Below are positions 29,854 through 39,352 of a stretch of DNA of 64,000 nucleotides, piece after piece. Each line of letters begins with the position of its first letter. The first letter of the stretch is position 1. Both the position numbers and the translations under genes were made by a program. Under the pieces are notes generated by a model that worked only from the letters and a program-made list of their open reading frames with translations, did no database searches and had not been told where the DNA came from. The stretch is from the NCBI GenBank assembly GCA_965279035.1, contig OZ257142.1, positions 928,001 to 992,000 of the forward strand, written 5' to 3'. This DNA comes from Bacteroidia bacterium (lineage in GTDB: Bacteria > Bacteroidota > Bacteroidia > M30B66).

Positions 29854-29949
29854 GATCGGAATGTATTTTCTTAAAGGAGGGCAAAATTACAAAAAATGCT
29901 GGGCTGGCATTTAATTTGTCAGGCCCGCCGCCGCTAAAAAAAACATACA

Positions 29950-30939
29950 ATGTATTCAAAGGTTCTACTTTGCTTTGCTCTCCTTTTATCACTCACTGTA
30001 TCTTCACAAAATTCAAATCAATTGTATCCTTATCTTGGAAAAAAGCGATTTGGATATGTTGATAATCAATTTAAACAAGCTATTTCAGAGGATTTTTCAT
30101 TTGCAGGGCCATTCATTCATGGCTTAGCAATCGCGTCCGATCAGCCATCATCAGGTTTATTCTCAGCCCAGCTTGGATTAATAAACACATCAGGAAATTG
30201 GGTTTTAAAATGCAACTACGATAAAATTTATCCCTTTTTTGAAGGATATGCAGTTGTTAAAAAAGGAAATAATTATGGAATGGTTGATACAACTGGTGGT
30301 ATAGTAATGCCTTTGAGATTTGAAGAATTAGATCAATATGGATCAGGATTAATTGGATATAGAGATGGTTTTATCTGGGGATTTACTGATGCATTTGGAA
30401 ATATAAAAATTCCTGCTCAGTTTGATAATATTACTCCATTTGATGGAAATCGTTGCTTTGTTAAACTCTATTCGAAATGGATCATTATTGATAAAACCGG
30501 TAAGCAAATAAATGCTGGCGAATGGGATTTGACCGATGGTTTTAGCGAAGGACTTGCAGGAGTAAAGTTTCTTGGAGGTGAGTTTGGATTTATTGATAGT
30601 ACAGGAAGAATTAGCATCCCTTCTCGTTTCGAAAATGTTCGACCGTTTAAAAATGGTAGAGCAGCTGTCCGTTTAGATGGACTTTGGGGATTTATTGATA
30701 AAACAGGAGCCCAAATTTCAAAACCTGTTTACTATGAAGTTCAAGATTTTTCTGAAGGAATGGCTGCTGTAGAATACAAAGGTAAATGGGGCTATATCGA
30801 CTCGAGTGGTCGCGTGATTGTTTCGGCAGTTTATACTGAAGCGGAACCTTATTATAACGGACTAGCTAGAGTTAAAGACTCAAGAGGTACTTGGTTTTAT
30901 TTAGATAAATCAGGTAAAGTTGTATATAGTTACAGGTAA
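29950..30939 (+). CDS. WG-repeat (WG_beta_rep) secreted protein
   Basis: Signal peptide and repeated F.EG.A.V....WG(F/Y)ID..G units of about 35 aa. Confidence 0.9.
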   Translation: MYSKVLLCFALLLSLTVSSQNSNQLYPYLGKKRFGYVDNQFKQAISEDFSFAGPFIHGLAIASDQPSSGLFSAQLGLINTSGNWVLKCNYDKIYPFFEGYAVVKKGNNYGMVDTTGGIVMPLRFEELDQYGSGLIGYRDGFIWGFTDAFGNIKIPAQFDNITPFDGNRCFVKLYSKWIIIDKTGKQINAGEWDLTDGFSEGLAGVKFLGGEFGFIDSTGRISIPSRFENVRPFKNGRAAVRLDGLWGFIDKTGAQISKPVYYEVQDFSEGMAAVEYKGKWGYIDSSGRVIVSAVYTEAEPYYNGLARVKDSRGTWFYLDKSGKVVYSYR

Positions 30940-30940
30940 T

Positions 30941-32836
30941 TTACATCCGTTCAGGCATATCAATTCCAAGTAAATACATGCATTGCTTTAATGTTATTCC
31001 CACTTTATTAGAAAGAAATAATCTAAAAGATGCCGTATTCCTGTTTTCTTCTTTGATGATATCAAATTCATGGTAGAATTGATTGAATTCTTTAGCTAAT
31101 TCATAAGCATAATTCGCTACATGTGCAGGGTTTAGCGCTTCAGAAGCAATCTCAATAGTTTCTCTATATTGTTCTAAGGTTCTAATAAGTGAACGATGTT
31201 GAGGCTCATTTTCCAGTAATTTCGAATCAAACGTGGAAGTAATAATCCCATCTGCTTTTCTTAGAATTGATTGTATTCTGGCATAGGTATATTGAATAAA
31301 AGGCCCTGTATTTCCATTAAAATCGATTGATTCTGATGGATTGAAGACCATCCTTTTCTTTGGGTCAACTTTCAATATAAAGTATTTCAAAGCACCTAAG
31401 CCAATGGTATTATAAAGTGATTTCTTTTCTTCATCACTCATATCCGTGTTTTTTCCTAACTCTTCTGATCGAACACGTGCTTCATTTATTACTTCATCTA
31501 TTAAATCATCGGCATCAACTACAGTCCCTTCTCTTGACTTCATCTTACCGCTTGGCAAATCAACCATTCCATAAGAAAGATGAAATATACCTTTCGCCCA
31601 ATCAAACCCCAATTTTTGTAGAGTTAATGAAAGTACTTTGAAATGATAATCTTGCTCATTTCCAACTACATATATATAGGATGCGCATTGGAGTTCTTGA
31701 TGCCTTAGTAATGCAGTTCCTAAATCTTGGGTCATGTATACCGATGTCCCATCTGATCTTAATAATAGCTTATGATCAAGTCCTTCATTTGTTAAATCTA
31801 TCCAAACAGAATGATCTTCTTTTTTATACAGCACTCCCGATTTTAAACCAGATTCAATAATGTCTTTTCCTAAAACATAGGTTTCCGATTCATAATAGAA
31901 TTTATCAAACGAAACACCTAGTCGCGAATAGGTTTCATTAAATCCTTTGTATACCCAAGCATTCATCATTCTCCATAGCGAAAGAACCTCTTCATTTCCT
32001 TCTTCCCACAAAACCAACATGCGCTGAGCTTCCTTCATCAAAGAAGTTTGATTGTTGACGATCATTTTTAGATCGTCTTTCAATTCACCTTTCTTTTGCT
32101 CATCAGCACATTCAGAAATTTTAATTAGGGTTTCTTGAATTTTGGGTTTAACGCTCTCTTCAATAGAATTCAAATCACCAGATTCAATTTCTTGAATAAT
32201 CTTAGACGATTCAGCTTTTAATGCCTTGTCAAATTCAACATAGTATTTTCCAACTAAATGGTCGCCTTTTAATCCACTACTTTCCGGAGTTTCTTTTCTT
32301 CCATCCAATTTCCAAGCGAGCATCGACTTGCAAATATGAATACCGCGATCATTTACCAAATTGACTTTGGTTACAGGATGTCCAGCAGCTTCTAAAATCC
32401 TTGATACTGAAAATCCTAAAAGATTATTTCGAACATGTCCTAAATGAAGCGGTTTATTTGTATTCGGTGATGAATATTCAACCATCACTTTCGATTCAAC
32501 AGCATCTAAATTACTTACATCTGAATTTTTAGAAGTGATGTAAGTTGTCCAAAACTCAAATGTTAATTCAATGTTAAGGAACCCATTTAGGATATTAAAC
32601 CCTAGGATTTCTTTAGACGTTTTACACAATTGAACTCCAATTTCTTCAGCAGTTTGCGAAGGATTCTTACCGGAAATACGTGTTAGTCCGAAACAAACTA
32701 ATGTAATATCTCCTCGAAATTCTTTTCTAGTTTTTTGAAAAACAATCATTTCTTTTGTTGCTTTTTCTCCATACAAAGTCTGTATAGATGAGTACGCAAC
32801 TTCAATAAGCCAAGCTTCTTTTTGATTAGTTTTCAT
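30941..32836 (-). CDS. argS: Arginine-tRNA ligase
   Basis: VEYSSPNTNKPLHLGH (HIGH), NDRGIHI, YVVGNEQDYHF, KMKSREG and GPFIQYTYAR. Confidence 0.98.
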   Translation of the reverse strand: MKTNQKEAWLIEVAYSSIQTLYGEKATKEMIVFQKTRKEFRGDITLVCFGLTRISGKNPSQTAEEIGVQLCKTSKEILGFNILNGFLNIELTFEFWTTYITSKNSDVSNLDAVESKVMVEYSSPNTNKPLHLGHVRNNLLGFSVSRILEAAGHPVTKVNLVNDRGIHICKSMLAWKLDGRKETPESSGLKGDHLVGKYYVEFDKALKAESSKIIQEIESGDLNSIEESVKPKIQETLIKISECADEQKKGELKDDLKMIVNNQTSLMKEAQRMLVLWEEGNEEVLSLWRMMNAWVYKGFNETYSRLGVSFDKFYYESETYVLGKDIIESGLKSGVLYKKEDHSVWIDLTNEGLDHKLLLRSDGTSVYMTQDLGTALLRHQELQCASYIYVVGNEQDYHFKVLSLTLQKLGFDWAKGIFHLSYGMVDLPSGKMKSREGTVVDADDLIDEVINEARVRSEELGKNTDMSDEEKKSLYNTIGLGALKYFILKVDPKKRMVFNPSESIDFNGNTGPFIQYTYARIQSILRKADGIITSTFDSKLLENEPQHRSLIRTLEQYRETIEIASEALNPAHVANYAYELAKEFNQFYHEFDIIKEENRNTASFRLFLSNKVGITLKQCMYLLGIDMPERM

Positions 32837-33782
32837 CGTTTAATGCAGCATTTGTAGCTGCTTCAAGTATTTTAAATGCAGTTTCAGCCATTGAGTTTTC
32901 CGTGTCAAGTGTAGGATTAATCTCTACTATTTCGAAACAACAAACTTTGGGATTACTCACTAAAAGCGTCATTAACTCTCTCGCTTCTTTTGCTCTCAAT
33001 CCATTAGGAACAGGAGTTCCAGTGCCAACAGAAATTTTAGGATCAAGACTATCCACATCAAATGAAATATACATTCTATCGCAATGATCTAAATAATTAA
33101 ACACTTCAGTAACAATTTCAGAAACCCCACGTGTACGTAGTTCTTTGGTTGAAATGTTTTTAATCTTGTGCTTCTCAATTAAATAGTCCTCTTGTTCTTC
33201 GGTGTCACGCACACCTATATATACCAAATCACGGTATTCTATTTTAGGGACGATGCCACCAGAGTTCTTTAGTTTATCCCAAAGTTCGGCAGTCTTTTCA
33301 TCAATGTCATTGCTTTTCATTTCTAAATTATCTTCTCCCAAAGCTGCCGCAAGTGGCATTCCATGCATATTTCCTGATGGAGTTGTATATGGAGAATGAA
33401 GATCGGCATGCGCATCAATCCAAACGACTCCTAATCGATCTTCCGGAAATGCATTTTTGATCCCAGCAATAGTACCTCCGGCAGTACTGTGATCACCTGA
33501 AAGTACAATCGGAAAAGCTGCTTGTTTTTTAATAATTCTACCTACCGATTTAGACAAGCGTTCATATATTTTTATAATCCCACGAATTCGCTTTGCATAT
33601 TTAAACCGAACATTTTCTAATAAAAGCCAATTCTCATCACTAATTTCAACCTCTTCGTACTTTCTAAAATAGTCGCTTTTTAAATCAATAGCTGCTATTT
33701 TTAAAGCATCAACTCCCATGCTGGCGCCACGTGTACCTGCACCTAATTCAGAACGGAGTAAAACAAGCTTTGCTTTTTTCAT
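32826..33782 (-). CDS. rocF: Arginase (ureohydrolase family)
   Basis: GDHS, WIDAHAD, SGNMHGMP (arginase-type), SFDVDSLDP, GTGTP and EINP. Confidence 0.9.
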   Translation of the reverse strand: MKKAKLVLLRSELGAGTRGASMGVDALKIAAIDLKSDYFRKYEEVEISDENWLLLENVRFKYAKRIRGIIKIYERLSKSVGRIIKKQAAFPIVLSGDHSTAGGTIAGIKNAFPEDRLGVVWIDAHADLHSPYTTPSGNMHGMPLAAALGEDNLEMKSNDIDEKTAELWDKLKNSGGIVPKIEYRDLVYIGVRDTEEQEDYLIEKHKIKNISTKELRTRGVSEIVTEVFNYLDHCDRMYISFDVDSLDPKISVGTGTPVPNGLRAKEARELMTLLVSNPKVCCFEIVEINPTLDTENSMAETAFKILEAATNAALNDEN

Positions 33783-33785
33783 TAT

Positions 33786-33837
33786 AAGTAAATTAGTTAC
33801 TTCACTCTTTTCTTCATTAAAGTAAGTTACTTACTTT
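33786..33837. promoter_or_regulatory. Two copies of the palindrome AAGTAA-N5-TTACTT (candidate operators)
   Basis: 33786-33802 AAGTAA-ATTAG-TTACTT and 33820-33836 AAGTAA-GTTAC-TTACTT. The second overlaps the TACTTTTG -7 element at 33832-33839. Confidence 0.55.
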
Positions 33838-33887
33838 TGCTACTTGATTTCTTAGAATCACATCAATCAAAAGAATTAAGATTGAAT

Positions 33888-35294
33888 ATGAAAAACAAGT
33901 ATGAAGATTTGATCAGACAAACCTTTGAGTTTCCTCAAACAGGCTTTGATGTAGCTGATAGTGAACTATATTTCAATGGAATTCCCTTAATGGATGTTAT
34001 CCGTCAATATGGAACTCCTTTGAAAATCTCCTATCTTCCTAAGATCAGTGAGCAAATTCAGCGGGCTAAAATAATGTTTAATGTGGGAATGGCAAAGGCA
34101 GATTATAAAGGAAAGTATGTCTATTGTTATTGTACCAAAAGCTCTCAGTTCTCCTTTGTATTAGAAGAAGTACTTAAAAATGACACGCATATCGAAACTT
34201 CTTCGGCTTACGATATGCCGATAATAAAGGAATTACACACCAAAGGATTATTACCCAAGGATAAGTTTATCATTTGTAATGGATATAAACGCCCAATGTA
34301 TCAAGAGTTTATTGTGGAGCTTATTCAGGATGGATTTGAGAATATTATCCCAATTCTTGATTCTAAACGTGAAATAAATTATTACAAAGAACATTTAAAG
34401 GTTAAAACCAAAATAGGTATTCGTATAGCTTCAGAAGAAGAACCTAGTTTTGAATTCTATAGTTCACGACTCGGAATTCGGTATAAAGACATACTGCAGT
34501 TTTACAAAGATCAAATTGAAAACGACCCTCGATTTGAATTGAATATGTTGCATTTCTTTATTAATTCTGGAATACGAGATACCGTTTATTATTGGAGTGA
34601 ATTATCCAAATGCCTTCAAGTATATTGTGATTTGAAAAAAATCTGTCCAGCACTTAAATCGTTGAATATTGGTGGAGGACTTCCAATTAAAAACTCTCTT
34701 GCTTTCGAGTTCGATTACGAATACATGATCGAAGAAATTATTCAACAGATTAAAACGTTTTGTAATCAACAAGGGGTTGACGAACCTGATATTTTTACAG
34801 AATTTGGATCATTTACAGTTGGTGAAAGTGGGGCTACTTTGTATTCTATCATAGATCTGAAACAGCAAAACGATACGGAGAATTGGTATATGATAGATTC
34901 TTCTTTTATTACTACACTTCCCGACACTTGGGGAATTAATCAACGTTTTATTTTACTTGCAATCAATAAATGGGACAAGGAATATTCGCGTGTTAATTTA
35001 GGTGGACTTACTTGCGATAGTCTTGACTATTATAATGCAGAAGCGCACATTTCCCAAGTATTTTTGCCTCGTGTTATGGAGGAAGAAATTATGGAAGACC
35101 CTTTATATATTGGTTTCTTTCATACAGGTGCTTACCAAGAATCTTTAGGTGGTTATGGTGGAATTCAACATTGTTTAATTCCGGCTCCTAAACATGTTAT
35201 TATTAATAAAGATGAAAATGGTGAGCTAACAACCTATATTTTTGGAAAGGAACAGAGTTATAAATCGATGTTGAAAACATTAGGCTATTCTTAG
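33888..35294 (+). CDS. speA: PLP fold-III basic amino-acid decarboxylase (short arginine decarboxylase type)
   Basis: Start moved to ATG 33888. YCTKSS (PLP-Lys), ICNGYK, SRLGI, HFF, NIGGG, GLTCDS and GAYQE. Confidence 0.82.
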   Translation: MKNKYEDLIRQTFEFPQTGFDVADSELYFNGIPLMDVIRQYGTPLKISYLPKISEQIQRAKIMFNVGMAKADYKGKYVYCYCTKSSQFSFVLEEVLKNDTHIETSSAYDMPIIKELHTKGLLPKDKFIICNGYKRPMYQEFIVELIQDGFENIIPILDSKREINYYKEHLKVKTKIGIRIASEEEPSFEFYSSRLGIRYKDILQFYKDQIENDPRFELNMLHFFINSGIRDTVYYWSELSKCLQVYCDLKKICPALKSLNIGGGLPIKNSLAFEFDYEYMIEEIIQQIKTFCNQQGVDEPDIFTEFGSFTVGESGATLYSIIDLKQQNDTENWYMIDSSFITTLPDTWGINQRFILLAINKWDKEYSRVNLGGLTCDSLDYYNAEAHISQVFLPRVMEEEIMEDPLYIGFFHTGAYQESLGGYGGIQHCLIPAPKHVIINKDENGELTTYIFGKEQSYKSMLKTLGYS

Positions 35295-35336
35295 ATTTTG
35301 TTCTATCAACTATTAAAACACAGAAAAAAATTAATC

Positions 35337-36005
35337 ATGAAAAAAATCCTCGTTTTTCAATTCCTGTTATTCATTGGAATGACACTTTCGGCTCAATCGT
35401 TTGAGGGAAAAATTCTATTTGAAGTCTCTTTCCTAAACCTTCCTGATCCACAAATGGCTTCTATGTTTCCCAATGAAGCTGTTTCTTATTTTAAAAACAA
35501 TAAATCTCGCATGGAGATGAGTATGATGATGGGTTCGCGGACTGTCACTATTTCTGATGGTAACACGAAATCGGCGGTGACCTTAATGGATTTGATGGGG
35601 CAGAAATATGCTATCGATAATTCTTCAAGTAAAACAAGTGAAGAACAAAAGAAAATGATGGATGCAACAACTGTAACGATTACCAATGAAACTAAAAAAA
35701 TTGCTGGTTATACTTGCAAAAAGGCCATTATAGTTATTCTCCCAACCGCTTCAAATAAAGATACTTTGAATATGGAAATGTGGTTTACAAATGAGCTTTC
35801 AATCAATAAGAATTTTGTTGCTAGCTCTATGAATAAAATAGATGGGGCAGTTTTAGAGTTCACTATTAAGCAAAATAAAATGGATATAAAACTATCTGCA
35901 AAGTCTGTTGTAAAGCAATCTGTTGAAGATTCTCTTTTTCTAATTCCAGCTGATTACAAAAAAACCACTTCAGAAGAGATGATGAAATCTATGGGAGGAC
36001 ATTAA
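35337..36005 (+). CDS. Secreted DUF4412/GLPGLI-like protein
   Basis: Signal peptide LSA-QSFEG, ETKKIAGYTCKKA, WFT and F.IP.DY. Confidence 0.75.
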   Translation: MKKILVFQFLLFIGMTLSAQSFEGKILFEVSFLNLPDPQMASMFPNEAVSYFKNNKSRMEMSMMMGSRTVTISDGNTKSAVTLMDLMGQKYAIDNSSSKTSEEQKKMMDATTVTITNETKKIAGYTCKKAIIVILPTASNKDTLNMEMWFTNELSINKNFVASSMNKIDGAVLEFTIKQNKMDIKLSAKSVVKQSVEDSLFLIPADYKKTTSEEMMKSMGGH

Positions 36006-36029
36006 TTTCTTGTTGAAAACACTGTAGAT

Positions 36030-36054
36030 AAGCCTTCCTTGTGAAGGCTTTTTT
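36030..36054 (+). terminator. Intrinsic terminator
   Basis: AAGCCTTC-cttgt-GAAGGCTT followed by TTTT. Confidence 0.82.
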
Positions 36055-36100
36055 CTTCCATTAACTGGTCGAAGTTTGTAATTCAGAATTTTCTTATTCA

Positions 36101-38686
36101 ATGTCAACTCAAGCCAATCGTTTAAAGAATGAATCAGAGGACGTTCCTACACCTGAGAAAAAAGGGCGTAAGGAACCTAAAACGGCTGTGCCTGAACGAA
36201 AAACGAATAACAAGTTTAGATTTTCAATTTTTCAAAATGAGAACTTTATTCGTGTAAGCGGGCTTTTTCTGCTTCTATTTTCATTGTTTTTGACTTTTGC
36301 TTTTGTCTCTCATTTAGTTCATTGGCAAGCAGATTACGACAAAGTAAAAGATGCTCCTTTGTCAGATTACATCTTTGATCCTAATTTGATTGTAGCCAAT
36401 AATATGGGCAAATTTGGAGCATTATTCGCCTTTATATTTTTTCATAATTGGTTTGGAATAGCATCATTCATCATTCCTTTTTTCATATTCCTGATTTCTT
36501 TCAGGATGTTTTTTGCTATTACCCTATTGCCTATCAAAAGAACATTCATTTACTGTTTGTTCTTTTTAATATTCATTTCACTTTTAGCAGCATTTTTATT
36601 TAGCGACGAAAGACTCTTATTCAGTGGCGGATTTGGATATCATCTTGAGAAATATCTTCAATCAGTTGTTGGTTCCACGGGTGTTGGATTTTTGCTCCTA
36701 TTTTCAGGAATTACATTTTCCATGCTTGCCTTTAATTGGAAATTTAAACTCCCAGAGAATTTTTTACAGAAAAATCCAAATACACTAAATACTGATTATA
36801 CAACGAATTCAGCTAATACCAATGAAGTTAAAAGTGAATCTTTTGGCTCAGGTTCCGGACATTTTGGTGATAATGAAGAAGAAGCGGAAGAATTAGAAGA
36901 AGACGATTTAATACTAGAGGATGATTCAAGCATAGAAGAAGCCTCCAATCTATATATTCCAATACTTACGAATATTCAAGCTCCAATTATTCCATCCTCA
37001 GGAATTGAATTAACGATAGAGGGAATTGATGATGAGGAAGAAGTTCAAGAGCCTGTGCTTAAATCGAACATTGTAGAAACTGAGTTTTCGAATAATGCTG
37101 GATTAAGTGAAGAAGACAAAGCTCGTATGAATCTCAACGATGTTTTGTCTGAAAATGAAGAATTCGATTTGGGTGATTATGATCCAACACTCGATCTTTC
37201 TTCATACAAATACCCTGAATTAGATCTTCTAGAGAATTATGGTCAAGGGAAAGCCAAAGTTGATAAATCCGAATTAGAAGCAAACAGTAATAGAATCATT
37301 GAGACCTTAAAAAACTACAACATTGAAATTGCCAGAATTAGTGCTAGCATAGGACCAACTGTAACGCTTTATGAAATAGTTCCCGCAGCAGGGGTAAGGA
37401 TTTCGAAAATTAAAAATTTGGAGGATGATATTGCTTTAAGTTTATCAGCTCTGGGTATTCGAATTATCGCTCCAATGCCGGGTAAAGGAACAATAGGTAT
37501 AGAAGTCCCAAATCAGAATCCCGAAATAGTAGCCATGCGAACGCTACTTGCAAGTGAGAAGTTTGTCAATACGACCATGGATCTTCCCATTGCGCTTGGG
37601 AAAACAATTTCAAATGAGAATTTTGTTGCAGATCTGGCTAAGATGCCACATTTGCTTATGGCAGGAGCAACCGGACAAGGAAAGTCTGTTGGCTTGAATG
37701 CGATTCTTGTTTCATTGCTTTATAAAAAGCATCCTTCTCAAATTAAGTTTGTTCTTGTTGACCCTAAAAAAGTTGAATTAACCTTATTCAATAAAATCGA
37801 ACGTCATTTCCTCGCGAAACTTCCTGGAGGAGAAGATGCAATTATCACAGATACAAAGAAGGTTGTTCATACCTTAAATTCATTATGTATTCTGATGGAT
37901 CAGAGGTACGAGCTATTAAAAATGGCTGAAGTACGAAACATCAAAGAATACAATGTGAAGTTTATTGGGCGAAAACTGAATCCCAAAAATGGGCATCATT
38001 TTATGCCTTATATCGTGTTGGTTGTAGATGAATTTGCCGACTTAATAATGACAGCTGGTAAAGAAGTTGAATTGCCAATAGCTCGTTTGGCTCAATTAGC
38101 TAGAGCAATCGGTATTCACCTGATTATAGCTACACAAAGGCCTTCCGTTAATATTATCACAGGAACAATTAAAGCCAATTTCCCAGCTCGAATTGCTTTC
38201 AGAGTAACTTCAAAAATAGATTCTAGAACAATCCTTGACTCTGGTGGTGCCGATCAATTGATAGGTCGAGGAGATATGCTATTGTCAACTGGCAGCGACT
38301 TAATTCGTCTGCAATGCCCATTTGTAGATACTCCAGAGGTTGATAAAATAACTGCTTTTATTGGAAACCAAAGAGGCTATGCCTCTGCATTTGAATTGCC
38401 AGAATATATCGATGAAAATGGCGATCATAGCGAAGATGATATGGATATTGGAGATCGTGATGCCATGTTTAATGAAGCAGCACATATTATTGTTATGCAT
38501 CAACAAGGGTCTGCTTCTTTATTACAACGTAAATTGAAATTAGGCTATAATAGAGCTGGAAGAATTATCGATCAATTAGAAAAAGCGGGAATTATTGGTC
38601 CTTTTGAAGGCAGTAAAGCACGCAAAGTATTGATAAAAGACGCACTTTCGCTGGAACAGTTTTTGAACCAGTCAGGACACGAATAA
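36101..38686 (+). CDS. ftsK: DNA translocase FtsK
   Basis: N-terminal TMs, acidic linker, GPTVTLYE, PHLLMAGATGQGKS, VDPKKVEL, VDEFADL, ATQRPS, and gamma domain LQRKLKLGYNRAGR. Confidence 0.97.
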   Translation: MSTQANRLKNESEDVPTPEKKGRKEPKTAVPERKTNNKFRFSIFQNENFIRVSGLFLLLFSLFLTFAFVSHLVHWQADYDKVKDAPLSDYIFDPNLIVANNMGKFGALFAFIFFHNWFGIASFIIPFFIFLISFRMFFAITLLPIKRTFIYCLFFLIFISLLAAFLFSDERLLFSGGFGYHLEKYLQSVVGSTGVGFLLLFSGITFSMLAFNWKFKLPENFLQKNPNTLNTDYTTNSANTNEVKSESFGSGSGHFGDNEEEAEELEEDDLILEDDSSIEEASNLYIPILTNIQAPIIPSSGIELTIEGIDDEEEVQEPVLKSNIVETEFSNNAGLSEEDKARMNLNDVLSENEEFDLGDYDPTLDLSSYKYPELDLLENYGQGKAKVDKSELEANSNRIIETLKNYNIEIARISASIGPTVTLYEIVPAAGVRISKIKNLEDDIALSLSALGIRIIAPMPGKGTIGIEVPNQNPEIVAMRTLLASEKFVNTTMDLPIALGKTISNENFVADLAKMPHLLMAGATGQGKSVGLNAILVSLLYKKHPSQIKFVLVDPKKVELTLFNKIERHFLAKLPGGEDAIITDTKKVVHTLNSLCILMDQRYELLKMAEVRNIKEYNVKFIGRKLNPKNGHHFMPYIVLVVDEFADLIMTAGKEVELPIARLAQLARAIGIHLIIATQRPSVNIITGTIKANFPARIAFRVTSKIDSRTILDSGGADQLIGRGDMLLSTGSDLIRLQCPFVDTPEVDKITAFIGNQRGYASAFELPEYIDENGDHSEDDMDIGDRDAMFNEAAHIIVMHQQGSASLLQRKLKLGYNRAGRIIDQLEKAGIIGPFEGSKARKVLIKDALSLEQFLNQSGHE

Positions 38687-38696
38687 ATCTCAACCA

Positions 38697-39344
38697 ATGA
38701 ACCGAATTCTGTTTCTCTCATTTTTGCTTTTAACATCTAGTTTTTATTCTGCTGCACAGGAAGATAAAAAAGCAAAAAGTATCCTCGATAAACTTAGTGC
38801 AAAGACTAGATCGTATTCAAGTATCCGAACAGAATTTACTTATTCATTAGTCAACAAAGACCGGAAAATCAACACGACTCAAAGTTGGAAACTAACTTTG
38901 AAAGGCGAGAAATACAGACTCGAAATGGGCGACCAAATTATTATTTCCGATGGAAAAGTAATGTGGAAAGTATTGAAAGCAGATAAGGAAGTTGAGTTAA
39001 GTAAACCAGGTACTGGAGATGATGCTTTAAATCCAAAGAATATATTTACGATGTATGAAAAAGGATTTCGTCATAAATACATTAAGGAAGAAAAAATCGG
39101 TACAAAACAAGTTCATGTGATTGATTTATTTCCAATCAATCCGAAAGAGAAAGATTACAATAGCATACGATTGTATATCGATAAAACATCAATGCAAGTA
39201 TTAAAATCAGAGATCAAAGGTAAAAACGGAAATCTGTATACATATGATATAAAGAAGTTCAATACAAATGAAAATGTAGAAGATGCCCTTTTTACATACA
39301 AATCTTCGGAATTTCCTGGTTTTGAATTAAATGATTTAAGATAA
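38697..39344 (+). CDS. lolA: Outer-membrane lipoprotein carrier LolA-like protein
   Basis: Signal peptide, LKGEKYRLE...ISDGKVMW and LNP. Lies directly downstream of ftsK. Confidence 0.85.
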   Translation: MNRILFLSFLLLTSSFYSAAQEDKKAKSILDKLSAKTRSYSSIRTEFTYSLVNKDRKINTTQSWKLTLKGEKYRLEMGDQIIISDGKVMWKVLKADKEVELSKPGTGDDALNPKNIFTMYEKGFRHKYIKEEKIGTKQVHVIDLFPINPKEKDYNSIRLYIDKTSMQVLKSEIKGKNGNLYTYDIKKFNTNENVEDALFTYKSSEFPGFELNDLR

Positions 39345-39352
39345 TCAGCTAA

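Noticed and set aside
32826-33782. Agmatinase (speB) call for the ureohydrolase next to speA
   Set aside because: The SGNMHGMP segment and GASMG N-terminus are arginase-type, so it is kept as arginase pending an assay.
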